Source: Chiloscyllium plagiosum (Eukaryota). From it: a stretch of 64,000 nucleotides of DNA. Below are positions 38,350 through 50,928 of the stretch, piece by piece. The number at the start of each line of letters is the position of its first letter. Position 1 is the first letter of the stretch. The notes below the pieces were generated by a model. That model worked only from the letters and a program-made list of their open reading frames with translations, was not told where the DNA came from and did not search any database. Made by a program: the position numbers and the translations under genes. The DNA lies in NCBI RefSeq assembly GCF_004010195.1, contig NC_057720.1, positions 35,789,345 to 35,853,344 on the forward strand, in the 5' to 3' direction.

Positions 38350-39500
38350 TGTTATCTCTCATCAGGTACAGTTCTCACCTCCTTCAAATGTGGCATCATC
38401 AAACTTCTCTTCAAAAGAATCCTTCGCCTCTTTTTCCTTACAAACCACTGCCTCATCTGTAGTCCCCCTGTCCTTTCCAAAGCACTTGAATGTGTTGTCA
38501 CTTCCTAAATCCTTACTAAATCTTCTCAGAACTTAAGGTGTAAATCCCTCCAAATCAGTTTTCTGCTCCTGCCATAACAAAATCACAAATGACATCCTTG
38601 TTGACTGTCATAAAAGTAAACAATCCTTCCTCATTTTTCTCGATTTGTCTGTGACCTTTTACATAGATAATCACTAACTTCTCACTGATTCACCTGGGTT
38701 TGACTACACTTGTGTGTTTCTAATCTTACTCTTCCTACTTCTATACCATTACTTCTGGTAGAAATTTCTTGCAGTTGAACTCTGGAAAAATGGATGCTAT
38801 TTTCTTTGGTTCCCATCACAAACTTCATTCTGTTGTTCCCAGTCCATGGTCTAAGTCTGAACCAGCTTGCTTTCAAATTTGGTGTAATATCAAGCCTCAG
38901 GATGAGTGTACTAACACATATCTGCATCATTACAAAGATCATCGATTTCTACCTCTGTAGCACCACCCAAAGCCTATGTCTGTGGACAGGATATAGCAGC
39001 AGTCCCTATAGTTCAGACATGTCTATATAGCCTCACGGATAGCATTGCCTGATTTCAGTCTTATTTTCAAATAAAGAACCCACATTATTGTTTTGCAACC
39101 TTTGTTTTATGATTGGCACATTTGCAACAACAGAAGGATGCCACAGCCTATATCCTAACATTCCAGCAAACCCATTCATCCATCTTCCTGCTCAATTCAT
39201 TTCATTGGCTCCAGGTCAAGCAGTGCCTTGATCTTAAAATTTTTGTCCTGTTTCAAATCCCTCAGCGGCTTCAGCCTCTCCCTATCTCTGTAATTTTCTC
39301 CAGTCTTATGATCTTCCCAAGGTCTCTGTGCTCATTTCTGATTTTAATCATCCCACCATCGATTGTCATGCTTTCAGGAATCTGAGATCAAATTTCTGGA
39401 ATTTCCACTTTAAATTTCTCCCTCTCCTTTACATCCTTGAAGTGCCACTTAAAACTTAGCTCTTTGAGCTTGTTTTTGGTCATCTGACCTAATATCTTTT
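38350..39500 (+). mobile_element. L2-clade LINE remnant
   Basis: QLNSGKMDAIFFGS and FHWLQVKQCLDLKI resemble L2 RT C-terminal motifs. Confidence 0.7.
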
Positions 39501-42500
39501 AATGTGTCAAATTTTACTTGATTTTCAAAGTGCTGTTTCATTGATTTAAATGGTAGTAATTTTACATTCCTTTTGAAAGAAAGTTAAAGCATATTAAAGT
39601 TCTTAACTCGAAATACTTTGACATATTTTTGAGGGTTGTGATTAGCTGTATTTAAATATAAATCTTTCTGATAGTTATTATGCGCCACAACTTCGCACTG
39701 ACATAAAATCATAGAAACAGTGCTGCTTTACTGTCAGGTAGGTTTTCATCATGCAGCTCACGCTTAAATATGAGGGTGCGATTGTCTGCAGAGCATAGAA
39801 ACTGCCCGACTTCCATCGTCATTTTCTATTGGGTACTGATCTGTAATGCAGGGCAGCAGGATGGAAATCCACCCCAATGTGACTCATTGCAACCACTTCA
39901 CAATATGTCTCATCAGCGAGGATGCAGCTACTCATTCCCATGACCCAAATCTTTTGTTATGTGAATGCAGCAGAAGACTAAGAATATCTGCAACAAAATG
40001 GGACTTGTAGGATAAGGGAAATAGTTAACATTAAAGATGTAACTCAAACCAAATGCCATAGGTAGAAATGGCATCATATCGAAAGAGGTAACAGGTCATC
40101 AGACAAGGAGTTCTCTCTCTTTCAATATTTGTGCAGTCAGCATGGAAGCTGACTTCTCATAGACATGTCTTACCTCAGAAAAGTGGTCTGGTTCACTTCT
40201 ATGACCCTGATTTCTGATGGAAATCAGTTCTTACTTGTATTATTATTAGCACTATATTCTGCTTGAAAAAAAATGTAATGTAATTCCTGCTCTGGCAATT
40301 ATTGAGTAAATATGGCAGAGCTCAGACATGCTTCTGTAGGTGCTGACAGGGTAATGGACAGTGAAGCAATACATATATTCATTTCTCATGAGTGACAACA
40401 CCAGTATTAAGAGCTGTGACAATTTTGAAATTGGAACAGCTCTGAATCATGTGCTTTTGGCTGTTTTCTCTGCCAAACCGAGAGAAATTGAGGCCATCAA
40501 ATGGAAATGAGAGAAGATAGCTACTTTTAAGTGAAAACAACATCTGCCTTAGACTGATTTCTAGTCACATTGTGGGAGCTGCACACCATCCAACTAATCA
40601 GCAGGCTTCTACATCAGTAACTTTATTTGAGGAGTGTTCCTGACTCGGATTTGCAGGATTTTGGTTAGCTTTGAGTCCATCAATGTGAGAGATCTACATT
40701 CACGGTGTCTTCAGCATCCCTCATTTTATTGTTCCACCATTGGCAGCTGTAGCTGCAGCTCTCAAGTTCCCACCTGAATTTCTCCACCTTGCTGCCTCTT
40801 TCGCCTTCTCAAATATTATTTCAAAAGTCTTTGATTAAACCTTTTTCCATCTGTCCTAATGGCCCAGTTTATCGATCAGCAGTGAAGAGACAATAGTTGA
40901 CTACAAAAGCTGCCCCACTCTGTGGTGTGAATTCCACCTTTACCCTGAATATGTCTCCAGCCCCCCTACTTGCATAGCCTCTCCCTTCCCCACAGCCAGT
41001 GTGCAATTTTACATGGGCAAGGTCCACACATCATCACCCTATTTGAGGCCCTAATTGGCCACTGAAGGGCTGCTTCTTGTCCAACTTTGAGATTGGTAGG
41101 AGGAGTTTGGGGGAGGCGCAGCATTGGCAAGTCATTCAAACTTGAATGGTAAGGATGGGCATGTTCCTTCAGGACACTGTTTTCACATTAAGCATTCTAA
41201 TCTTCCCAAAAGCCTTCACTCGTGGATCCTTGCCCTTAAGCTTTCCATTGAATATTTCATCCTCTTGGGCCTCACTTCCTCTTTCTGCCTTGCGAATCCC
41301 CCAGCATCCTGGACATCAGGATGTAGATTCTGCAGACTGCTTTGTGAGAAGTATGTCATTGTATTTTTGTGTCTTCAAAAACTGTGGACTTCAAGGAGAA
41401 AGAGCTTTTTAAAAATAGAGATTTACCAGGATGGCTGCATTATTTTACAACAATGAATTTGAAACCTATTGTGAACTCTGTTTTTGTGCCTATGGGTGCT
41501 TACAAGGTGCAAATGATCATTAAAGCTCCAATTTGGCAAAGAATGAAGTACAGACAAAAATGCTAAATAAAAACCTTCTACATGTCATTAATGTCTTACA
41601 TGTGCATAGTCATTGGTCAATTCTGTTTTCCTTGGAAATGGTGTAGAAGCAGGAAGAAAATGATGTCATCTCCCTGATGTCTTTTGGGCACAATCACCAT
41701 ATCTGGGCACTGCTCAACTATTTCTTTCAAAAAGAAGAGAAAGAATATAACAGACAAAGCAGTGCCTCTAAAATACCAACAAGAAGACAAATCACAAGAG
41801 AGAAGCCAATAAAAATAAAAGCTCCTGGGAAAACACTACAGTAAAATACAAATTTTTATACAGGCATTTTAAAAAGCAAAGAACTACTGAAAAAGATGGA
41901 AAGCAAACATTTAAGCATGGGTTGACAGCCCATTAACATTTTGTCAAATTGTAGTTATTTAAGGAAAGAATTAATCTTTACTTAGTGGATGAACAAGTTA
42001 ACAGATGAAGAAAAACAATCCAACTCGTTATTACTTTGGTAAGTAAAGAACATCAAATCTTATAGGATTTGTGATGATGACTGCAAATATCTTGATAATT
42101 TTTTCAGAATTTAAGAAGATGAACTTAAAGTTCAAGTAAGTGCCAGGAAATAACGGCTTAAGTTCATATCATATTTACAGAGGCTAGGGGAAATGAGCAA
42201 CTTGTTCATAGGCAGGTGTTGATGCAAAGGTCCAACATGTAATTTCACCAAAAGACTGATGTACGTGGTTATTACCTTGCTGCTCATTAAATCCTTCAGA
42301 AAAGCACTTCTGCTCAAAACCTAAAGAATATAACAGCAATGCATTGTCAGAAGAAGGATGCAAGTTCCAGGACAGGAGGAGAATCAACTGAGGGACAAGC
42401 TTAAGGATGTTCCACCTATTGCATTCAAGCATGTTAACAAAGTTTAAAAGGTTCTACAGTGTCACAGCTCACAGATTCCAGTCAGATGGTACAGGTGATC

Positions 42501-43271
42501 AATTTGATACATGGTATAGACATCGTCAGAGAAGCTGAAACATTTACTACCATCCAAGTGATAAATCCAAGGATGAATCGACAATATGCATTTCATGAAC
42601 AAAATTAACACAACTGGAGGTGCAAACATCAACCTTTTACAGATGATACTGGAAATGCACTCAGAAAACAGCCACAGCGTATTTCAGTCCACCTGTAATA
42701 ATCCAACTGCTTACAATGGGTCTGATATCACTTGTATTTCTGTCTTCGGTGTCATTATGATTCCTTGGGATAGAAACAAACGCGTTAGATTCCTAATACA
42801 GCAGAACCTTGTATGAGTATATGACATTTTGCATGGAGCTACATCTTATTATGATCTATAAGGTAACAAACCTGTCAGTTATAATTTAAAAGATTCCAAC
42901 CTGCAACATTGATCTCATACATTTTGGTCATAGCCAAGCAGCGCTGATTCAGAGAGTTACATCAAGTGATGACTAGCTGCAACAGCTTAAAAAGATCATT
43001 GTCAGCAGGTGACCAAAGGCTCCCAAACTATCATGTTCATTCTGGCCATTCAGATATGAACTAGAACTCCCAAAGAATGATAGTTTTATAGGCAAATTGA
43101 TGATAATTCTGTAAGTTATACATCAAGACAAAGTAGATGATATACATAGGTCACAGAGACGCAGGAAAAAATAACCCAAGAGATTGGAGTCTGAATCCAT
43201 TTATTGGCTTAGTATCAATAAGGACTACGATCAAATAATGTGGTTGTATGAAATATGTCAATTCCATCAAC

Positions 43272-43530
43272 TGAGCACAGTGGCTCAGTGGTTAGCACTG
43301 CTGCCGCACAGCAGCAGGGTCCCAGGTTCAACCCCAGTCTTGGGTGACTGTGTGGGTTTCCTCCTACAGTCCAAAGATGTGCAGGTCGGGTGAATTGGCC
43401 AATCTGAATTGCCCATAGTGTCAGGTACATTAGACAAAGGGAAATGGGTCTGGGTAGGTTGCTCTTTGGAGGGGCGGTGTGGACTTGTTGGGCTGTAGGG
43501 CCTGTTTCTACACTGTAGGGAATCTAAATC
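43272..43530 (+). mobile_element. HE1-type V-SINE, internally deleted
   Basis: tggctcagtggttagcactg head; CR1-like tail. Confidence 0.88.
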
Positions 43531-43642
43531 TTCAGCAATGAGAGAACCTCTCAATTCATATCAGGTTCCTCGTGGTGCAAGTTTTAGCTGATATTTTCCA
43601 CGTTTCCATGTTCCTGTCCAGTTACTGATACTTCACTAAGTT

Positions 43643-44288
43643 ACTTGAAAAGTTTCAGAAAAGGTTTAAAAGGATGCTGCCAGTGTTGGAGGGTTTGAAC
43701 TATAGGGAGAGGCTGAATAGGCTGGGGCTGTTTTCCCTGGAGCATCGGCGGCTGAGGGGTGACCTTATAAAGGTTTATAAAATCAGGAGGGGCATAGATA
43801 GGGTAAATAGACAAGGTTTTTTCCCTGGGTTGGGGGAGTCCAAAACTAACAGGAGGAAGTTTAGGGCGAGAGGAGAACGATTTAAAAGGGACCTAAGGGG
43901 CAACTATTTTCATGCAGAGGGCAGTGCGTGTATGGAATGAGCTGCCAGAGGAAGTGGTGGAGGCAGGGACAATTACAACATTTAAAAGGTATCTGGATGC
44001 AAACATTAATAGAAAGGATTGAGAGGGATATGGGCCAAGTGCTGGCAAATGGGACTAGATTAGTTTAGGATATCTTGTCGGCATGCGTGTATGGAATGAG
44101 CTGCCAGAGGAAGTGGTGGAGGCAGGGACAATTACAACATTTAAAAGGTATCTGGATGCAAACATTAATAGGAAGGATTGAGAGGGATATGGGCCAAGTG
44201 CTGGCAAATGGGACTAGATTAGGTTAGGATATCTTGTCGGCATGGGCGAGTTGTTTCCGTGCTGTGCATCTCCGTCTCTGTGACTCTA
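43643..44288 (+). mobile_element. CR1 3' fragment with a 159-bp tandem duplication
   Basis: RRLRGDLIKVYKI; duplicated unit 43925-44083 and 44084-44244. Confidence 0.92.
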
Positions 44289-45173
44289 TTTCCTCTTGTG
44301 TGAAAAATCAAAGGTTCCACTATGGCAATACTTGTTGACACATTGACCACCGTATTCAATATGTTTGCTGTTTCTCAACAAATGGTGCCTGATGATGGCC
44401 TGCTGTACATTCGTGCACACTGCCAAAATGTTCAGGAAATTGGCATATTATCGCTTCTTCGCAGTACCCTCGCCCAATAAAATCCATGATAATTAAAAGT
44501 AAAATAACTTGCTGAGAGATTCAGAATGTTATGTTAAATCTACATGCTACTTCTCAAGGCTATAGTTTACTCTCACCATGTGTAATTGCCATGTGTAAAA
44601 GACTGTTTCCACATTCCCACCACCCAACCACATGTGAATGAGACATTGTTGGAATTGTTGGTATGACATTTACATCACATGGTGTCATTCAGCAATATGT
44701 CCACCCTCTTGAATGTCGAACATGATAGGCTGCTGGCTTTCTATTTGTGCTGAAAAGCAAGGTAAGACAGAAGTAGTGTCAGCCTTTAAGTTATGAATAA
44801 AGCTTCAAAGTGCAAAACTGCTAGGTAAGGCAAGAGATGTTGTGACTGTCCAATTCGCTGCAAAGTGAGTGAGCTCTAAGAAAGCAAGTTAAGAGCCCAG
44901 AAATGCATCATGTTCCAATGCATGAGATGCTTGTGAGTCCCTGTGAGCAATACATCCTGGCAGCAGTATTGTAATCTATTGAAGTGATAAACCATTATAA
45001 ATGAGTCAAGGATATTCCGTGAAGACGTGGTGAGACTGGTGTTTTTCTGATGCTTCTATTGATGGAAGGTGCTGGTGGTTGCTACCCATGGAGCTTGCTG
45101 GCCAAGATGGATAACCAGAGAAAATGTCTGTGAATTGCTTTTGCCAAGCAACCACTGATTTTCTTGTTGGGAA

Positions 45174-45327
45174 TTAGATTAGATTAGATTACTTACAGTG
45201 TGGAAACAGACCCTTCGGCCCAACAAGTCCACACCGACCCTCCGAAGAGCAACCCACCCAGACCCATTCCCCCACATTTACCCCCTCACCTAACACTACA
45301 GGCAATTTAGCATGGCCAATTCACCTG
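45174..45327 (-). mobile_element. HE1-type SINE 3' part
   Basis: (gatta)n tail followed by the reverse complement of the SINE 3' half. Confidence 0.88.
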
Positions 45328-45370
45328 CCATGCCATTCTCTCTGCTGTCTGGGAAATTAGCAACTTGCAT

Positions 45371-45681
45371 GGGCGGCACGGTGGCTCAGTGATTAGCATT
45401 GCTGCCTCATAGTGCCAGGGACCCGGGTTCAATTGCTGCCTCGGGCAACTGTCTGTGTAGAGTTTGCACATTCTCCCCATTTCTGTATAGGATTCTTCCT
45501 GGTGCTCTGGTTTCCTCCCATAGCCCAAAGATGTGCAGGTTAGGTGAATTGGCCACGATAAATTGCCCGTAGTGTTCGGTGCATTAATCAGGAGAGAATG
45601 TAGAGGAATGGGTCTGGGTGGGTTGTTGTTTGGACTTGTTGGGCTGAAGGGCCTGTTTCCACACTGTAGGGAATCTAATCT
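45371..45681 (+). mobile_element. HE1-type V-SINE
   Basis: gggcggcacggtggctcagtg head, V-domain, tail. Confidence 0.92.
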
Positions 45682-45849
45682 GCATATTGAGGTGAGCTTA
45701 TGTAACAATGAAATATTAATGTATGTAAATAGATTCCTCGCCACTCACAAGCAACATTCTGAAACTTTATGCAGAAAATCAGATCTCTTTTCTCACCATC
45801 GAGGATTTCATTTTTCCATTCTATCCAGGGCCTGGAGAAATTCCACCCA

Positions 45850-46292
45850 ATGTCCATCATTAGATTCTGAATGTAATATGTTTGTTGGAAATCCTGAGTG
45901 TGCAAAGAATTACCTTGACAGTGAATTTAGAATTCTCAGTTGGGCAGTGTGTTGCACTTGCAAGTATTGGAAGTTACCTTTTTTAATACATAGGGCCTTG
46001 TTCTTAGAAGGCAGAAGGACATGCACACACACTGTGCCTGTTTCAACCTGACCAAACAGGTGACAGAACTGGTTCATTTCTTGGAATTGTACTCTGACTA
46101 TTCAGAGTCAAGCCACCTAGTTTAAATTTCAAGCAACATCTGTTTGTTAGCTGCCAATCATCTTTAATTGTTGCATTTTCTATGGCAATGTCTTGACCAA
46201 TCACTCTCTACTTGTCAACCAATCAGCACTTTTCTGCCATCTAGCATCTAATAGTAGTGTTGTCCCAGTCGAACTCCTGTTGCTTGTCATCT
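45850..46292 (+). mobile_element. Decayed PLE 3' end (third family): GIY-YIG C-terminus plus pLTR
   Basis: NPECAKNYLDSEFRILS..LQVLEVT..GLVLRRQK, followed by a UTR rich in ccaatca motifs. Confidence 0.55.
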
Positions 46293-46297
46293 GAGTG

Positions 46298-46617
46298 TTA
46301 CTATTATAGGACAAGCCAAACAGAGAACAGCCAGGGAATTCCTAGAGGCATGGCATTCATCCACAGATTCAATCAATAAGCACATCGACCTGGACCCAAT
46401 ATATTGGCCACTGCAGCGGACAGCTGGAACTGACAACCGGAAGCGGCAGATACAAATCACTATAAATGCCAGAGGAAAGATCACAGAAGCGCTTCCGAGG
46501 AGGCTCCCAAGCATTGAGGATGTCACCTAGACAGGGGGCGAAATGTCTGCAACACAAATTCCCAGCTCGGTGAACAGAACCACAACGAGCACCTGAGCTA
46601 CAAATCTTCTCACAAAC
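46298..46617 (+). mobile_element. Poseidon-like PLE 3' end related to family B
   Basis: Plus frame TIIGQAKQRTAREFLEAWHSSTDSINKHIDLDPIYWPL; degenerate hammerhead (ttgaggatgtcacc...gcgaaatgtc); same tail cctgagctacaaatcttctc as 15905-15941. Confidence 0.85.
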
Positions 46618-47103
46618 ATAGTCCAGATTCTTGGCTTCATTTGAATATGGACAGTTTTAGCACCTAATGAGTCGCAAATGCTGACTATTGTGTCACGATC
46701 AGCAAGCATTCCCACCTTCAACTTGAGGGTGGAGGAGAGGTCATTCAGTAGCTGAAGAACGGTTTAGCTTTGGAGACTATCCATGAGGAACTCCTGCAGT
46801 GATATCTTGCGGCTAAGATGATTGACCTCCAACAATCATAACCATCTTCCTTTGTACTAGGGATGACTCAAAACAGTGTCAAATTTCCCCATTGATTCCA
46901 TTTACCCCAATTTTGCTAGGGATCCTTGAAGGTGCACTTGGTCAAATGCTGTTTTGATGTCAAGAACAATCACCCTGACGGCCCTTCTTGAGTTCAGTTC
47001 TTTTGTTTGGTTTTAGACCAAAGCTGAAATGAAGTCGGGAGCTGTCTGGCCTTGCAGGAACCTAAATTGTAGATTCCCGCAGGTTAGTGTTGAATAAATG
47101 TTA

Positions 47104-47294
47104 GGATTAGAGTGGTGCTGGAAAAGCACAGCAGGTCAGGCAGCATCCAAGGAGCAGGAAAATCGACGTTTCGGGCCTGAAACATTGATTTTCCTGCTCC
47201 TTGGGAAGGGCTTTTGCCTGAAACGCTGATTTTCCTGCTCCTGGAATACTGCCTGACCTGCTGTAATTTTCCAGCACCACTCCAATCTTGACTC
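47104..47294. mobile_element. Rearranged palindromic PLE family A copy, nested in an old LINE
   Basis: One left arm and two successive inverted right-arm segments. Confidence 0.8.
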
Positions 47295-47787
47295 GAATCT
47301 TGAATAAGTGTTACTTGATTGCACTGTCAATGACAACTTCCATCGTTTTGCTGATGATTGAGAATAGACTGATGGGATGGAAATTGGCCTGGCTTGATTT
47401 CTACTGCCACAAGTGGACAAGATATGCCTGGGCAATTTTCCACATTACTGGCAAACTTTAACTAATTGTTTTTCAGTACACAGATCTCCAATGTCTGTGT
47501 GTGGCAGTGATTTCTGAAACTGGAAGTCAGTAGGTCGGCATGCTGATCAGCACATGTAGGAACTCGGAGCGGCTGTGTGATCAGGCAGAGTGCAGGGAAG
47601 TGAGATTGCCATTTAGATACAATTGTTGTGTCTGTTTGAGAACACCATAATTAGGTTGATGCTGGTTGTGGAACACTAGTTCTCAGTCTTATTGCTAGAA
47701 TACTGTCAGAGACAAAATACAATTTTGTTTATTCACATCACTTGACACACAATGGATATTCATCTCAGGGACCAAATGTATTTAATA

Positions 47788-47910
47788 AAAACCAAAAGAA
47801 CTGCAGATGCTGTAAATCAGAAACAAAAACAGAATAGCTCAGCAGGTCTGGCAGTATCTGTGAAGAGAAATGAGAGTTAATGTTTCGGGTCCAGTGATCC
47901 TTCCTCAGAA
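47788..47910 (-). mobile_element. Single-arm PLE pLTR (further subfamily) with hammerhead-like core
   Basis: Reverse strand: ttCTGAGGAaggatcactggacccGAAACattaactc...gatactgccagacctgctgag...cagcatctgcagttc. Confidence 0.7.
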
Positions 47911-49658
47911 AGCATTCATTTTGTGATAACATAGTTTTGGTAATGAGTCCATTTTCTGGCCTCACAAGTAGAATTCTGTGCTCTCCTCTGTGGCATTTTT
48001 GGTAGTGGGATGCTAAATCGATCTTCACCCCAATGAAGTCCAGGATGGGATGGCCTCTGGATAGCCTTGCTACCTCGCTGCCAGTTGAGACCCATAAACA
48101 GCCAATTAATTCCCCTTTCAAGAACCTTCTCCGGCTGCCACTGGCATTAATGCGGAGGCAATTGGGGGGCTATGCCAATTGGGTAGCATAATAAGTAAAC
48201 CCTGCATGAGGGCTCCTGCATACTTTGTTCAAAGTCACTCATTGTCTGATCAAGGGTGACATCAGGAAGTGAAGGACCACTGGTAACCACTCTCTGTCCT
48301 TGCTGCTGACACCCTTCCCCTATGATCTCTGCCTTTGACCCCCTTCTTGCTGTCCATCACCAGTGCTTGAGTTTTTCCTTGATCCTAGGCCTTGAGTGGG
48401 TGTCATACCTTCAGCAGTCACCACCTCTTCAGTGACACTGCTGGATACAGGAAGGCTGATAGCGTCTGATTCCTGAGCAGGACTTGCATCTTCCTTAAAC
48501 CCAGAGAAAAATCCCTAGAGGACTGTTACGTGCATGGGTGGAAGCCTTTCCAATAAGAGGTACTGCAAGGGTTTCACAGTCTCTCCAACTAGTAGCCAAG
48601 CTCGTTACTTCTACAGGATTCTGCCTTATAAGAAAAATATAATACAATAGTTTGTAAATTTTACTCTTCTAGTGGCAATAATTACTTTAGTCATTTTGCA
48701 ATCATGATGAATGATGGGAGAGGCAAGAATACTAATCACTTTATTTGTTTGAACTTCAAAATTTTAAAGAAACAAATCTGGGATTTCAGAATCCAAATTT
48801 TTATCCCTGGCCCGTGGTTATACATAAAGCACGTTTTTCAACATTATATTCATATGATTTTCATTCATAAATCATCCTTTGTAATTCCATATAAACTCAC
48901 CTCAGCAGCATGCTGCGAATGTAAATTTTTAAAGAGTTTCATTGAAGATGACATTTTAAATTTGACCAATTTCAATAAAATCTTACTTTAATGATAGTGT
49001 GTCATATTGGCAAAATAAGACCAGAATGAATGTGAAATGGGAAAAAAAATGAAGCAGTCTACTTGAGATGTAGCACATTTTTCCCTGTGATGAAGTTTAA
49101 TGAGAAAGTATGTGTGAATAAGTTGGTTAGTGTGACTCATAATATGGTTTACTTCTGCTATTTCCCTCCTAAAATTCGGGCACGATGCTAAAATGTTTGC
49201 AAAGCTGTCCATGAAAAGAACGTAACTTATTTTTTGAATAGTTTTAAGCTTCTGTTTAGGGGGCAGTCAAGACAAATTTGAGCAGTTTTGATCATAGAAA
49301 GATAAATACAGGGACCTAACTTGTCTACTCGTGCCTCGGCTTTCCTAGTGAAATGAAAGGTTGCAAAAGAAAAACTAACGTACTGGGATAAGTAAATATT
49401 GAACAGCCTATCTGTCTTCAATATGCGCATCACTATTGCCAGCTATTTCACAATGCAACAGGAATTGGAACACAAGAGACAAGAAATGCCACACTGCTTG
49501 CAGAACAAATAATTCCAGTGGAGAAGTACATATGTCACAACTTGACTTGTTGATTATATTAAGCAATCAAACCGACACAACTTTTTGATGAAAAGGAGGT
49601 GGGTTGCTGTTATGACTAGCTGCAGCACATTTTGCAAATATGCCTAACACTTTTGTAA

Positions 49659-49968
49659 CTTACTTACAGTGTGGAAACAGACCCTTCGGCCCAACAAGTC
49701 CACACCGACCCGCCGAAGCGCAACCCACCCAGACCCATTCCCCTACATTTAGCCCTTCGCCTAACACTACGGGCAATTTAGCATGGCCAATTCACCTAAC
49801 CTGCACGTTTTTGGACTGTGGAAGGAAACCGGAGCACCCGGAGGAAACCCACCCAGACACGGGGAGAATGTGCAAACTCCACACAGTCAGTCGCCTGAGG
49901 CGCGAATTGAACCCGGGTCTCTGGCACTGTGAGGCAGCAGTGCTAACCACTGTGCCACCGTGCCGCCC
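49659..49968 (-). mobile_element. HE1-type V-SINE, young and CpG-rich
   Basis: Full-length reverse complement with intact A/B boxes. Confidence 0.93.
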
Positions 49969-50322
49969 ACGGTTATCTGATGTAACAATGCATGTGTGCA
50001 AATTAAGACTTCCATAGAAATAACATTTAAGATCCTAAGTGTTTCACATGTGTTAAGGGAGGGGTCTTGTTTGAGTTTGTTAGCCTAGTTCTGTTTAAAA
50101 CTTCCAATGTAAATACCATCAGTACAAAACTGAGACGATTTCAGCCAAGAATGGCAACTGATCGTTTCTCATTAGTACATGTGCTAAAACAAGGATCTGA
50201 AGTGCTGTAAGATCTGTTGTTTTCAACCCCAGTCCATGTAACAGTTTTGGATGCTCCAACTACTGACTTCAACATTTTTCTTACAATCTTGTGGTATTTC
50301 ACTGGTACACAACTTTAATTAT

Positions 50323-50928
50323 AGAGTCAGTCATAGAGATGTACAACACAGAAACAGTCCTTTCATTCCAACTTGTCCATGCCGACCAGATATTCTAAAT
50401 TAATCTAGTCCCATTTGCCAGCATTTGGCCCGTATCTCTCTAAATCCTTCCTATTCATATAGCCAACCAGGTGTCTTCTCTATGTTGTAATTGTACCAGT
50501 CTCCATCATCTCCTCTGGCAGCTCCTTCCATACACATACCACTCTAAATCTTTCCCCTCTCACATTAAACCTATGACCTCTAGTTTTGGACTCCACTACC
50601 CTGGATGAAAGACCTTAGCTATTCACCCTATCCATATCCCTCATGATTTTATAAACTTCTATAAGGTGACCCCTCAGCCTCCAATGCTCCAGAGAAAATA
50701 GCCCCAGCCTATTTAGTCTCTCCCTATACCTCAAATCCTCCAACTCTGGCAACAACCTTCTAAATCTTTTCTGAACCTTTTTGAGTTTCACAACATCTTT
50801 CCTATACCAGGAAGACCCAGAATTGAATGCAGTATTCCAAAAGTGGCCTAACCAAAGTCCTGCACAGCCACAACATGACCTCCCAACTCCTATACTCAAT
50901 GCACTGACCAACAAAAGCAAGTGTACCA
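50323..50928 (-). mobile_element. CR1 LINE 3' fragment
   Basis: KDVVKLKKVQKRFRRLLPEL..RLRGHLIEVYKIM. Confidence 0.92.

Larger units (their letters stand above)
42940..44480 (+). mobile_element. Ty3/Gypsy LTR-retrotransposon integrase remnant, split by a SINE and a CR1
   Basis: LQQLKKIIV..FWPFRYELE..ESIYWLSINKDYDQI..EICQFHQ (Zn-binding region), then LTTVFNMFAVSQQMVPDDG (core, SDNG-like). Confidence 0.7.

Noticed and set aside
42108..42135. Micro-exon-like ttttcag...gtaagt
   Set aside because: No RNF220 similarity, and it lies in a probable LTR-element remnant
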